Shown here piece by piece: positions 1 through 12,229 of a stretch of DNA of 64,000 nucleotides. This DNA comes from Chlorokybus atmophyticus (taxonomy: Eukaryota; Plantae; Mesostigma and Chlorokybus algae). The notes under the pieces are model-generated. The model made no database searches. It was not told the DNA's origin and saw only the letters and a program-made list of their open reading frames with translations. The first letter of the stretch is position 1. Each line of letters starts with the position of its first letter. The stretch lies in NCBI GenBank assembly GCA_009103225.1, contig RHPI01002823.1:319104-383103 (forward strand). Reading direction: 5' to 3'. The position numbers and the translations under genes were made by a program.

Positions 1-546
1 AAAGTTGCTGATTATTCTCCGTGGTCCCCTTGCTTGCCAGCTGTTGACCACAAGATGGATGATGCTGGTGCCAAGGTCCCGCGACTTTGATGGGCCGATC
101 TCCGTCAAGTAAGTTTCATTGGTGTCTCACCAAAGGTTGTGTGCGCGAGAGTTGCTCACACGTCCACAGTGCGCTAGGTTTTGCGGGGACGTTCTTCGTG
201 CGCAGTGAGGACGAGCTTGAGCATGTGTTGTCTAAGGGCCCAATGAGCATTTTGCGCAATGTTGGCTTGCCGAAAAGGGGCGAGTAGAACTGATTTGTAG
301 CAATACCCTCCCAAATGTTGCTGTGCATGGAGTTCATCAGGGTTGTGTCGCATGAGAAAACGTTCTGTGTTGCACAACTCCCTTGCAATAAGCACTACAA
401 AACCAACACTGCACCATTGCAACGGGCGTACAACCCGTACAGAGGGTTGCGCCATATCAATATCTATGAAACAAAAGTGTTGCTATTGGTCTTGGCACTG
501 CTAGACCCTGCAGTGAGACTAAGCAACAAAACCAACACCCTACCAC

Positions 547-2803
547 TCACGCCCACTTTCCAATGACGGACATGGCGCCCGCCCCAATATACATGGAGAG
601 AAACCCGCTTAGTTTTGTCCCAAGCTTTGCGGCACGAAACTCCGGGTTCATTGTGATGTTGTATGTGACGAGCTCCACCAAGCCCGTGTATATGAGGATG
701 CCGCCAGATAATGCGTTGAAGATGCCTTGCGTGTACAAGTTGGTTGTTGACGCCGAGTTGTACGTGTAGCGTACTCCGATCCCAACAACTGCATGGTGAG
801 TATGTTGGGTGACAGGGTGATGAATGTGTGATCTGTGACACTGACACAACAAGTTGCCACACACTCACCTATACCCAGTGGGGTTGTTAGCGCGTACACC
901 AACACCATGACGACAATCTGCAACGTTCTTGAGGACTCGTCGAAACACGCGTCGATCACAGTGGCGCCCAGCGCGAAACCCTCAAAGAACTGATGCACGC
1001 ATATGGCTGCAAGCAGTGTCTTGAACTCCTGCACACAGGACAAAAGCTTCATGTGAGCCGAGGTTATTACTATTATTATTACCAACGAGCAACATTTGCT
1101 CATCAGTCACCCAACACGCAGTGTAAGCCACGCACGTGCACACGCATGTTTGTGCATGTGTGCGTGTGCGAGCCCTACATGCATGCACGCACACAGACAC
1201 GCATGGGCAGACGAACACACGCGCACGCAGCACACTCATGTGGGCACTCGCAGGCAAGGCTTTCTTGTGGCCGCTTTTATGTGGTCTGTCAGTCCCCTCA
1301 TGATACAACATAACATTCACACTCATTCAACTCACCGCGGTGACCACGCCAAGAGACATGCCGATGATGACTGAGTGGAATGCGATGCCTGCCTCCAGCA
1401 CGAGCGTGACGATCTGTCGCCTGCGCCGCGACACCGACCCATCCTTGTGGTGGGACTTGTCGTGTATCGCGTGAGCAAGGCCCGCCCCGTGCGCGTGGCC
1501 GCGGTGCACGAGGGTGGGCGCGGCTGATGATGTTATTGTTGTTGTTGTTGAGGTCGATGGCACGGTGGGTTGATGCACATCCTGGGCGAGCGAGTCGATG
1601 GATGTTAGACGAGGCAAGTTGCTCTCCACCATGTCCAACTCACGCACCAAGTCCTTCATTTTCTAACGAGGGGATGCACACATTGAGTGTAAATCATACA
1701 CCCACTCGCACGCTCGCTGAATGCTTCTACCCAGGTGTCCGAATGTGTTCACACTGCATGTGCACGGAAACACAAGCGCACACGCATGCGCACACGCATG
1801 CATGTTAGCAAGACCGCATGCAGCCATGCGCGCATGCATGCATGAGAACAGCATAACTGGCGTTCAACAGTTGGATACACGGATTAACATTCTGAAACAT
1901 CAAAAAACACTGTGCGAGTGGGTGACAGATGTGTAACCCTCACCCTCTCATGGTTGCGTCGGTCCACCTGCTCCAGCCTGAGTGTCAGCAAAAACTCCAG
2001 CAGTTGCACTGCGAGAGCTGCAACCAACGCAAACGCTCCAGCGAACCGCGTGTACTGTTTATTCCTGAGAAATCAAAAGACAACGTCCAGGCAGGCATAT
2101 CCATGTCAGAGAGAATAGGCCATGCCAAGCGCGCGTGTTGTACATGTGTGTGATGTGTGTGATGTGATACACAGCGTACCATAGTGCAGGGAGGCAGGGT
2201 GAGGTTAGCTGGTCTAGTGCGAGGCCGAGCATGTGTATGAACCCCGTGGCGAGGATGACGCCCGTGCCAAAGTTGCGTCCGATGAGGAACAGGAAAGGCG
2301 GCAGCTGCAGACCCGGCCACCTCGCGCCAGCCACAGGCAGCGTGCAGCCCAGAAAGGAACACCCGAACACCACGAACACCTGGTGGGCAGGTGGGCACAT
2401 GTGTGCATGTGGGTGTGCGCGTGTGTGGACGAGTCAACCACAGTTCCTAAGAGATGACCTGGGCATCTGTGCACATGCGTGTGTGTGCGTATGTGTTTAT
2501 GTGACCATGCGTGTATGTGCGAGCGCGGGCGCATGCATGCGCCGCGGTAAATGCCATCCTTTCAGCGGAGCTCGTGGCTGCACTGTTGGGAGCTAAGTGG
2601 CGAGGCACCATTAACTCGCTTGCTCACTCATTGACTCACTGAACCTGCGTGAATGCGTCTGAAGATTTTCTGTTTTGCATTTGCTTACAAGTTGTACACT
2701 TGCTTACGGCGGCGATGTGTAGCGGGAGGTTGTACGCGTCGTCGTCGAACTGGTGGGCGCACGTGTTCAGAGGGTCCACGCCGACCGAGGCGGCCGTCGC
2801 CAT
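547..2803 (-). CDS. ZIP: ZIP-family (ZRT/IRT-like) zinc/iron transporter, 6 exons, 381 aa
   Basis: Exons 2803-2708, 2379-2180, 2064-1944, 1662-1336, 1028-869 and 788-547 join at GT-AG boundaries in frame (1146 nt, TGA stop). Motifs: FGTGVILATGFIHML, His-containing loop HRGHAHG, TM4 GIAFHSVIIG, TM5 HQFFEGFALG, GILIYTGLVEL, C-terminal MSVIGKWA. Confidence 0.92.
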
Positions 2804-3189
2804 GCTTGCAGGCAGGCGGTGGCAAAGACAACAGAGGGCTTCAGGACTCCTTCACCGCATGTTCGTTCGTTTGCACGCCGCGAGAACAAGAGAGAGACAC
2901 TGCCGCCGCCGGCGACGACGTGCATGCGACCCTGCACTCGTCGTCGAAGTTACGTGGGAAAGCTGCGTGTTAAGTGCGGCGATCTCTCACTGTGCTGTGC
3001 GCGTGGTGCAGCCAATGCAGAGCCTGTGTTGAGGCTGCTGAACCGTACCACTGACTTGATAAGCTGCTACAGTGACCGCTCCACTGCAGTATCACCCAGT
3101 AGTCTCGCCCGTTACTTCCCTCGAGGTTCCCTTGGTATGATGTCACCTTGATCAATTTTTTTCTGGTATTACCTTTTAAGTACCTGGTA

Positions 3190-6100
3190 GGGTAAGTGTG
3201 GGTTACTCCGGACACTTTTTACGGACAAGGACCGTGTTAGGTGTGTGATTGATGTTATTGGCTGATTTTGTAGACATGTTTAATTGGCCAGTTGGCCTAG
3301 GTGATGGCGTTGAAAGCACATTTTTAGGTGCAGTGCAGCGTCAGCACTGACGGGTCAAAGACCCGTGTGTGCACACAGGCGGGTGAAAACGGCTTTTTGT
3401 AACTTCGGACAGCCTGTTTTGGCTGCGTGTTGGTAAGCCCTGTGAGATTGTTGGCGGCGGGGGTGGCGGGAAAGTGGCTAGCGGGTCTAGGGTTGTTGTT
3501 GTAAGCAAGGCAGGCGGGCGTGGCGCATGGTTGGGCGTAAGAGTTGTGTAGGTTAGGCAAGCATGCATGCAAGTAAGGCACTTGCATTGCACTATGTACA
3601 AGGGTAGTGTTGTCTAGAATGGCTGGCTGTTGAAGGCATGTGCATTCTGTGCTAGCCACAGGTAGTGTGCATGCTGTCTATGTGCTGCCTCGTGCATAGC
3701 CTGTTGCCTAGCCTCCTCTGCTGCCTTCGTCGCTTGCTCTTGCCTTGTAGCCTCATCCTTGGCCTTGGCCGCCGCCTCTTTTGCCTGGCGCTTCTCCTCA
3801 GCCAGGGCCGCCTTGGCTGCCTTGGCTGCCTCACGCTCTGCTGCCTTCTCCAACCTGGCCTGCTCTTTCATGGCCTTCTGGTAAGTAACCTCATGTTTCT
3901 TGTTTGCTGCTCTAACTGCGCGCTCCTTCTTGGCCGCCTCTGCAGCTGCCTTACGTCCTGCTTTGGCCTGCAGGTAGCGCACAAGCTCGGGCGAGGTCAA
4001 GATGCACGCGCCATCTAGCCTGTGAAACTCCTCATCCGGGACAACCTCCTGTGCCTCCTGTGCTTCCTCAGCCTCCTCTTTTTCATCACCACCCCCGAAC
4101 TCTTCCTGCCAAGCACTTTCACCTGCCTCAAGCAAAGCACCGGTAAGTGCCTCCCCTTGCAACACTGGCTCTGCTGGTGCTTGCTCTGCAGTGTCGTCTC
4201 GTAGCTTGTGGTCAAGTGCATGCCTGTCTCCTGGCCATAGTCCTGCATGTGCATGTGTTTGTGTGTTATGCACGTGCAAATCATACATGTGCAGTGCATG
4301 CATGCAGCTGATGCTCACCGCATGCTTTGAAGCCATTGGTGATGTCGGCATATGACATGGCCAACATGATTGGCTTGGCTGTGAGCTTCACAAACTCGTC
4401 CTTGGTCATCCTATCTGGGTTGTTGTCAAGCATATGCTTGTGGTGTTCTTCACGGTAACGAGCCTTGAAGCTGGAGAAGCAAGACACATTAAGCACCTGC
4501 AGCAACAGAGGTAAGAGCATGTTAATCAACACTGCAATGCAAGTGAGTGAGCATGCTCTCACATGCAGGTGAGAGCATGCTCACTCACTTGCATTGCGTG
4601 TGTCAGGTGAGGAGGGAGCAGGATGATGTGCACTCCATGCTCTCTAGCCTTGAGGATGAGGTCCAGCTGCATTTTGCTATTGTGGCCATCAATGACCAGG
4701 ATGCATGGGTTCTGAGGGCTGGAGCCACCAGGTACATAGTCCAGGAAGTGGTTGAACCAGGCAGCAAATATTTCGTTCGTCATGTATGCATTCTCCTGTG
4801 CATACAGAGCATGAGTGCATGCATGTATAAATGGACAGTGTGTGCATGTGTTGCACTTACCTGCATGGCCACCATGCTGCCTATGGGTGCATCTTTGAGG
4901 TAGTTCTGTGTCTTGCGTTGCCCTTTAAGTATGTACAGGGGGGGCATGCTGGTACCTGCAGCAGAGACACATGCCATAATGCTGATGTGCTCCCTGTTGC
5001 CAACCTTGCGGTGATATGGGTTTTTGTACCCTCTGGGTGCAACGACCTTGACGGTGCCTGCATGCATGTTGGTTAGCACTTCTCATTGGATGCTAACAGC
5101 TTGCTACAGCGCTTACCTAGGTTGTCCGGTTCCAGTCCTGTCTCGTCTGCGTTGAATATTCTGTGTGGAGGGATGCCTAACTCAAGCAAGGGGAGGTATA
5201 AGTCGAAGAACCTGTAAGCATTGGTCCTGGTGGCAGCCTTGTGCCTTCTCCTGTCCAACCCCTCTGCCACCCTTCTGCTGAGGTCCCACTTGCCAAAGTA
5301 GTCTCTGCACCAACGTGGGCCAGGCAGCAACATTTTGCCAAACCTCTACAGCCTTTCTTGGTCTCCTGAGAGCATTTGCAACACCTGCAATTGCATTGTA
5401 AGTGACAATGCATGCTGCATTTTCTGAGCACAGAGCATGCTACATTAACTTGCCTGTTGTTGCAGTGCCATGACGGTTGGGGAGTGGTCGACATCACACA
5501 TGGAGTGCACCCACTCACACAGCTCCCCCTGCTCTGCCTTGGTGAGGATAGCTTCCTTGCCAGGGCTGCGAGGACGCTCCAGCTTCTGAGGGTCGTGCAA
5601 ATAGTCGCAGAGGGTGCTGCGAGGGACACCAATGGCCTTGGCAGTCTTGCGCAGCGACACCACCCCTGCCTGTATCTGCCCAATAGCATGTGCAATGTTG
5701 GCCAGCCCTTCATCATCATCTGCCCATGAGATGTGTGTGGCTGATGTAGGGGTGGGGGGGGATCTTGGTCTCTTGCCCTTCTTCTTTTTGGGGGCAGTTG
5801 GTGTGTGCAGATTGCGCTGCTGCGGGGTTCTGCCGCTAGGTGCCTGCACACATATGCCCAAGGATGTAAAACAACCCTCTGAGGGCACAAGTGCAAGCAT
5901 ATCACTAGATAGTCTAGCATAGCAGCTAGGTTGTATAGCATACAAACACCCCTTGCATTGCACCTCACCTCTGAGTTGGTCGTTTGATTGCTGCTGCCTT
6001 GGCTCCCTCGTGTATGCATGTTCACACCTCCACACCCTCACCGTGCATGCCAACCCCAACGCAAACCACACCTCACTAAGCTAACACAATCTTCAGCCTT

Positions 6101-6592
6101 TACTCATCTATATCACATACATCACGTGCATATTTTGTACACACACACGCCACAATGCAACTCCCACGCCAAACACTCACACATGCACGAAGTCACAATT
6201 TATGGGTTGCGCATGCGGTACGTAGTGTTTTGGTTAAAACCTCATAACTAAAACAAACCAATGTAGAATTTGACTAGGTTTGTTGCATTGGATTTTGCAA
6301 CTTGAGCCGTAGGTGCTCACTACATTTCATCACCATTGGCCAATGCAATCAATATTCCGGCCAAGTCAAAGTCAAGGTAACCATGTGAGCACAATAAAAA
6401 TTCTCAAACTCTTTGAATTTGGCGCCCTTAATCTCAGCCAACGGGGCTGAAACTTGGTGGGTAGGCTCGAGAGGACGCACAAAATCCACTCACCAAATTT
6501 CATTCCATTCGGACGCCAAACTAGGAAGTTACCCTACCAGCAGCAGTAGGTGTCCGAATTTGTAAAATGTCCAGAGTTAGAGCACCTTACCC
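3190..6592 (-). mobile_element. pogo/Fot1-like (DDE_1) DNA transposon with imperfect TIRs and TA target duplication
   Basis: Left end TA|GGGTAAGTGTGGGTTACTCCGGACA. Right end (reverse complement) TA|GGGTAAGGTGCTCTAACTCTGGACA. Encloses a DDE_1 transposase gene. Confidence 0.75.
3614..6019 (-). pseudogene. Intron-containing pogo-like transposase, inactivated
   Basis: About 7 exons encode an HTH_psq-like region (SLRKTAKAIGVPRSTL), a CENP-B-type HTH, IFNADETG (D1), CILVIDGHNSK (D2), LLPPHLTHAMQ|VLNVSCF (D3 position is N) and a C-terminal E/A/K-rich coiled coil. In-frame TAG at 5348-5346. One GC-AG intron (5453-5385). Confidence 0.85.
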
Positions 6593-6599
6593 TAGGGCC

Positions 6600-6950
6600 T
6601 TTTGCTGCAAGACATGGTGCAGGTTGATTTGGAGGTACGGTAACACGAAGGACAAGCTTGTATCCTGTACAGTTGTGTTGCTGGTAATCACAGTTGTTCA
6701 TCGATTGGATGGTGCGTTATAAGAAGTGAAAACAAAGCAGTATTGTAAGTGTTTAATATGGATAATCGCTATACTCTTCTTGATTGTGATGTATTTAAGA
6801 TGTCGTTACACATCCACAGAATAACAAGTTCATTCATTGACCCTTTCAACCGACCGTGTCAACCAAAGGTTATCGCGCAGTTTGCTTTGAAGATAGCGTG
6901 CACGCAATCTGTCACGTTGCGAGTTGAGGCTTGAGGCAGCTAATATGTAG
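6600..6950 (-). mobile_element. Possible heavily decayed Helitron Rep N-terminal fragment
   Basis: Frameshifted minus-strand pieces (YNT(A)FVFTS; IDEQL..LYRIQ) resemble the Helitron 'YNxxFAFTS...IDxxL...YxFRIQG' region. Several stops and frameshifts, so the call is weak. Confidence 0.3.
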
Positions 6951-6953
6951 CTG

Positions 6954-7262
6954 TTGGTTTTGCAGGTTGAACTCACAATTGCATGCTTGCTCCTTTTTTT
7001 CTTCTCCTTCCTTAATTGGCCAAGTGTAAAGTTTTGGAGTGATTAATAGCATCAAGCCCATTTCCTGGTCGCGTTCAAATGCAATTAACATAGCCGCTCC
7101 TTCACTTGGTTTTGCAGGTTGAACTCACAATTGCATGCTTGCTCCTTTTTTTCTGCTCTTTCCTTAATTGGCTAAGTGTACAGTTTTGGAGTGATTGATA
7201 GCATCAAGCCCATTTGCTGGTCGCGTTCAGATGCAATTACCATAGCAGCTCCTTCACTTGGT
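6954..7262. repeat. Tandem duplication, two units of about 155 bp
   Basis: TTGGTTTTGCAGGTTGAACTCACAATTGCATGCTTGCTCC...CTCCTTCACTTGG occurs twice head-to-tail with scattered substitutions. Confidence 0.9.
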
Positions 7263-8106
7263 ATGGTGATATGGTTGTGTACATACATACATAATGTTCA
7301 AATGATGCAATACACGAAAGGAATATTGGTTGATAACCGAATTGATAAACATAGATAAAGTATACAATCAAGTCATATGAAAATAGCATGTGATATTCGC
7401 TATAATGAACATCTCATTCGATAAAACTGCATCTTTGAATCCGAACGTCTGCCTTTGCACCCAAGCAATTCAAGAGGGCCAACACTGGCATTGATTACTG
7501 TCGTGTGCTAATGATGCTAGGAAGAGTTGACCGGGGTGGCTCGTCATGCAGGCGATCACCAACAAGTGCTGCAACCTGGTCTTCTGCTTAGGAACTTAGG
7601 CCATGTCACAGCTTGTACAATGGCCTTACGTGCCGCAACTGCACTAGCAAGAGTGGTGGTCACCATTGCGTGCAGGCAACATTCAGAGACGTCACACTGC
7701 TACATGTCTAGGACCAAAATTGCAAGCTCTCCAAGACCTGACGTGGTGTCTCGTGTGGCCACTGTCTGCCTGAGTTTTCTAACAGCTACGCTAAGAAGCA
7801 AGCAACCTACCGAATCAAATGAATATGTTGTGCTGCTCCGCGAATCAGGCAGAGTCCAGCAATGTTAACAAACAGCAGCTAAGCATAATCAATTCCTAAC
7901 TGCATATATACATACAGGAAACGCCATGGCGACACCTAACATGCTTCGCGTCGCATCTTCAGGCGAAGGAAAGCAGCAGGCGGCGCACACTTGAGTACTG
8001 CACAGGTCCTTGCTGTGCCAGTTCAATCTGTGATGTCCCTGCGGCTTTTGTTCAACCTGATGTCCACACTTGCCCGAATCAGGTTGTAAACTGGTTGAAC
8101 GATGGT

Positions 8107-10332
8107 TCAACCGCGTTTAACAAACCGGCCCTGCGTGACAAATATTGGTCATTGAGTGCATGCATGGAGACATGGCATCACGCATGTGAACGCATATGCG
8201 AACAATTCTTTGTGATGGATCATGCAACTGTGTCAAATGCCTGACTATGCATATGGATTGCAAGATCCTTGCAAACACACTTCTATGCGCGGGTAGTGCA
8301 ACCAGAGATCAACTCAAGTCCATCCAAGGGTAAACAAGCAAGCAAGTTCATCGCTACTGCAAGGCTTACCTTGATGCGGGGTCTCCTCTCAGCATTCAGC
8401 TTGCGAACTTCGTATCTGATCTGTTTAGTAAAATGCCGATTGGAGCGCTTGAGCTTATAGCGCTCCAACTTGGCTTCGCGCGCAACCACCTCCCCATCCG
8501 GAACTGAGCGAATGCTGGTGGTAATCGGCTCCGACATCGCCCTCTGCAGGTCAGGCACCAGCGCGCAGTCCATGTCTTTCTGCAGCAGCCAACAGAACGA
8601 TGGTATTACATTATGCTTGGGTTTCCGCAGGCTAGTTCAACCATTGCTTCCGGCATGTTGCATGCAATCTGCATTCAAAACGTGATGCCAAGACAACGCT
8701 ATCCAGCAAGCTAAGTCATGGAAATTGCTGTACACAAGCCTAACTGTTGCGAATAGCTCACACCTCCATCAGCGCGAACCTGATGACTACACACCGTATG
8801 CTATGGTAAATTCTCCAAAGCAACACATGCCTAGTAGTGTGTAGAGGCTTGACATGGACTGCTTGTGTCTAAGACAAACCGCTTTCGCAAACACAATGCC
8901 CACCAGTATGCAGGACCTCCCTTCACTCCCCCCCCCCCCCNNNNNNNNNNNNNNNNNNNNNNNNNNNNNNNNNNNNNNNNNNNNNNNNNNNNNNNNNNNN
9001 NNNNNNNNNNNNCCCCCCCCCCCCCCTTTGCCCTCCCTTGCAGACTGCACTAGAACAAATGCAAATAGAATCACAAGTCTTACCAGGATGTCAGCAGCTG
9101 GTGCACAGTCGGGAACCACCGGTTCCACAGCATTTGCTCTCACGGCGGCATCCCACGCAGTGAGGACGTCCGCGTAGTCCAGCCGCAGACGGCAGATCTT
9201 CAGGCCCTGCTTGGTGTCCAAGTCGAGCGGCTCGATCTTTGGGCGCAAGCTGGCAACGCCAGCTGGCCACACCTCAACCCCGCACAACGGGGAGAGGTTT
9301 TGCGATGCATCATCCTCCAGCTTTACCCTTGCAACAGGATTTGAACTCGCGACGTTGATTGTGGTCGTCATTGCTACATGACAATGTTGTTGATCGGGTT
9401 GCTCGTCGCTCACATCTGAAGTGCTTGTGCCCGACGTGTACGTGTCTTCGCTGACGTCAGAAGACTCCAAATCATACTGTATATCATATTCCTCATCGGG
9501 AAAGGAGAGAAACCCGCTGGCGCTGTCGCCTTCGCCCTCATTGTTGGGACTCCACGCCGTCAACTCCTCTGCATCACGAAGGCAGAATGACGCCTTGTCC
9601 ATGTCGTCATGCAGGATGGGCGTTCGGATGTGTCGAAGCGACAGAGAGTTTGCTGAATGAATCGACTCATCACACGATGCACACAGAGCAGCGGAATCCG
9701 CTGCGCAAAACACAGCTGCCTGCAAGAGACAAAAAGGGCCATCAGCAGCAGTAATTGCACATGCTCTCTATTGTTATCTGAGATGTGGTACAGCTTCCAT
9801 GCGTGACTGTTGTGATGTTTGGTTCGGCACAAAGTGCAGCGTGTAGAAACACAGTCTCATTTTACTGGTCCACAAACTGCAAGTAACTGTCATCAAACCA
9901 AGTACCGATGGCCATGCTAGCTAAGTGTTGTGTTATTCGCGAGCAAGTTTTTCCCAATGTGCTAAGCGCAAGCGATCAGTAACAACATCCCTAACCATCA
10001 GACCGAAATGGTAGCAAACTGTGCACAACGCACTTCAAGCTACACTGGAGGCAATGTGCGTTCAGTCAAGTACGTCTCTGTTACTAACACAATCTGATTT
10101 TGCCATAGTAAAGCATTAGACCCACACACTGACCAGCACAACAACCATGCATCACGGTTTGTGTATATGAGGAGCCCAAAGCATTGAACTGACATTGTGC
10201 AATCGTATGTAAACCCATGAGCTGCATAAACCATCAGTCAACAGCTGCGAGCCCCACCTGCTCTGAATGGCAAGCGTCGCACATGGACAGGAGCCCCGCC
10301 ACCTCTCTCATAAGACAGTCTTCAGCCTTCAT
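8107..10332 (-). CDS. COL: CONSTANS-like B-box/CCT transcription factor (single B-box)
   Basis: Exons 10332-10258 (..MCDACHSEQ), 9719-9084 (AAVFCAADSAALCASCDESIHSANSLSLRH; LRLDYADVLTAWD), 8579-8370 (REAKLERYKLKRSNRHFTKQIRYEVRKLNAERRPRIK) and 8130-8107 (GRFVKRG*), all phase 0. An extra exon in or near the N gap cannot be excluded. Confidence 0.9.
8941..9012. other. Assembly gap (72 N) flanked by poly-C, within a COL intron
   Basis: N run bordered by C homopolymers on both sides. Confidence 0.98.
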
Positions 10333-12229
10333 TTCTGGTCCACGGCGCAACCCTCCCCAGCACCGGCTGAAGCGATCGTCCCTCCCTTGCACACATGCAC
10401 GATCACACGCTTCACGCTAGCTCTTGATCCTGCGACAGCAATCAGTCCATGTCTAAATTTGGTCAACAAGTCAAGAATGGCCAATGTTTGTATGTCAATG
10501 CAACGCCTGCTGAGTGATCACCAGAACTATGTAAAAGTGCGATCACCACATATTATCAAAACGCCGCAAGCTGCAAGCCTGCCACTGGTGCTTGTGGCTG
10601 GCTTGCACCTTGCTAGGCAGTAGCTGACGAGTGTAGAACTAGTTGTTTGGTTGGCAGCTGCATAGTTCAGCTTCAATATCTTGACAATGCATCCAATGGT
10701 TCATTGAGATGACCACAAAGTGGGACAGGTGAGGGGCCATGTAGGGATGCGGTAGGTGAGATGACTGCACTATGGATGAGGAGGACATAGGGCTTTGAGG
10801 CAGAGGGAAGCATTGGAAACCGGTGTGCGGTGTCAAGTGCATGATGGTCAACCACCCTGGAAATCACAGCAACGCAAGGCAAGCAAATGTGAAATCCAGG
10901 CTGATGGCCAACGTTTCAATGCAACGACATTCAATGCTGCTGCCAGCATGCTGGCTTGTGTGGCAGCATTCACCCTAGCATTTCGTCCCAAAGACGCTGT
11001 GCAAGCATTGGAACTGCGCACATGAACGAAATGACAAGCAGCATGTATCGTGCACATAAAGAAACAGCGGCGGCAGCAGCCAGGGTTTGGCCAGGCCAAG
11101 CACACCACAGCTCCCCGCACCTCCTTCTTGTGGGCAACGTGTAGTAAGTGAGACTTCCCAGCTTTCTTGTTCTTGCTGTTCCGTTCGGCGGCGTAGCTGC
11201 CAAGCAGACTGCAACACCTTCCCAAATAGGTGTACAACACTCTTGTCCAGCAGCCGCACCTCGCCGACCACACCACCGCGGCTGCCGCTGCCGACGCCGC
11301 CAACACGGACAGCAGCAATACAGCAAAGGGCTGATGTCGAACCGATGGCGAGCCACATAGCCGGCGCCAAGCGGTCTGGTCGCGGGCTACGGACCGGTCG
11401 ACAAAAGGGCAGGGCAGCCCTTCTTGCTGGCCGATGGCGCTCCGGCACGGAAAAACGGCACTACGAGCGTCGCTTTTTTAATCATAAGTGTGCAAAAGGG
11501 GAATTTTAAATTGTCCCCATTATCCTCAACGGAGGCGTGCAGGCTAGTCAGGTTAAGTTGATTGACTGACTGGCAACAAACCGTTTGCATGGTTTTGGAT
11601 GTCGTTGCATGAACTGTTTGCATAACCTCCTCTGCTGACATTCTGCGGCCCGCAGAGCCAATTACATGTACATGCAGACGGGTTTTTAGGTCCTCTGCTG
11701 ACGGGCAGCAGAGCGGTTATAGCGAACGGTTTTAACCTCAATCGGCATCCCCGGCGGCCAGGCTGCGCGCCGTTTCCGCATAAGTGAATCACCATTTGCC
11801 ATTCACCGTTACCGACTCGCGACCGGACCCTAGTTTTGTTGGTAGGCAACCGCGTCATGTTGTAAATTCATGACTGCCGCAGTTTAACGACATTTCACCT
11901 TTGGACATAGCCAAACATTATCCACAATGATTCCTGAGTGGATTGCATTGGGCTGATCCCGAAAAAGTCACGCTACTCGTAGGTATGCCCACTTGCAAGA
12001 GGTACCAGAGGCATGGACACGTGGCGCGTCGTTGTCGTCGACGATGACCCCTCGCAGCAGTAGGCCCGGTCTACTAGACCGCACGCTTTATGGCTTGACT
12101 TCACCATGGTCACATGCAACTTGCAATGCAAGTGAGGTTCACGGTGTGACCGCGTGAGCTGCTGGTACCAGGTTGCCAAGCGTAGGTGGTACTGCCAGCT
12201 ACAGTATACCAGAGTGCTGCGAACCATTC

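Noticed and set aside
8787-9083. C-terminal extension of the 312-aa COL ORF through the gap
   Set aside because: Read-through of an intron. A strong CTG|GTAAG donor at 9083 joins in phase to the CCT exon.
10848-11509. Overlapping 128-157-aa ORFs upstream of COL
   Set aside because: GC-rich, no consistent splice model and no recognisable motif; more likely COL 5' UTR or promoter sequence.
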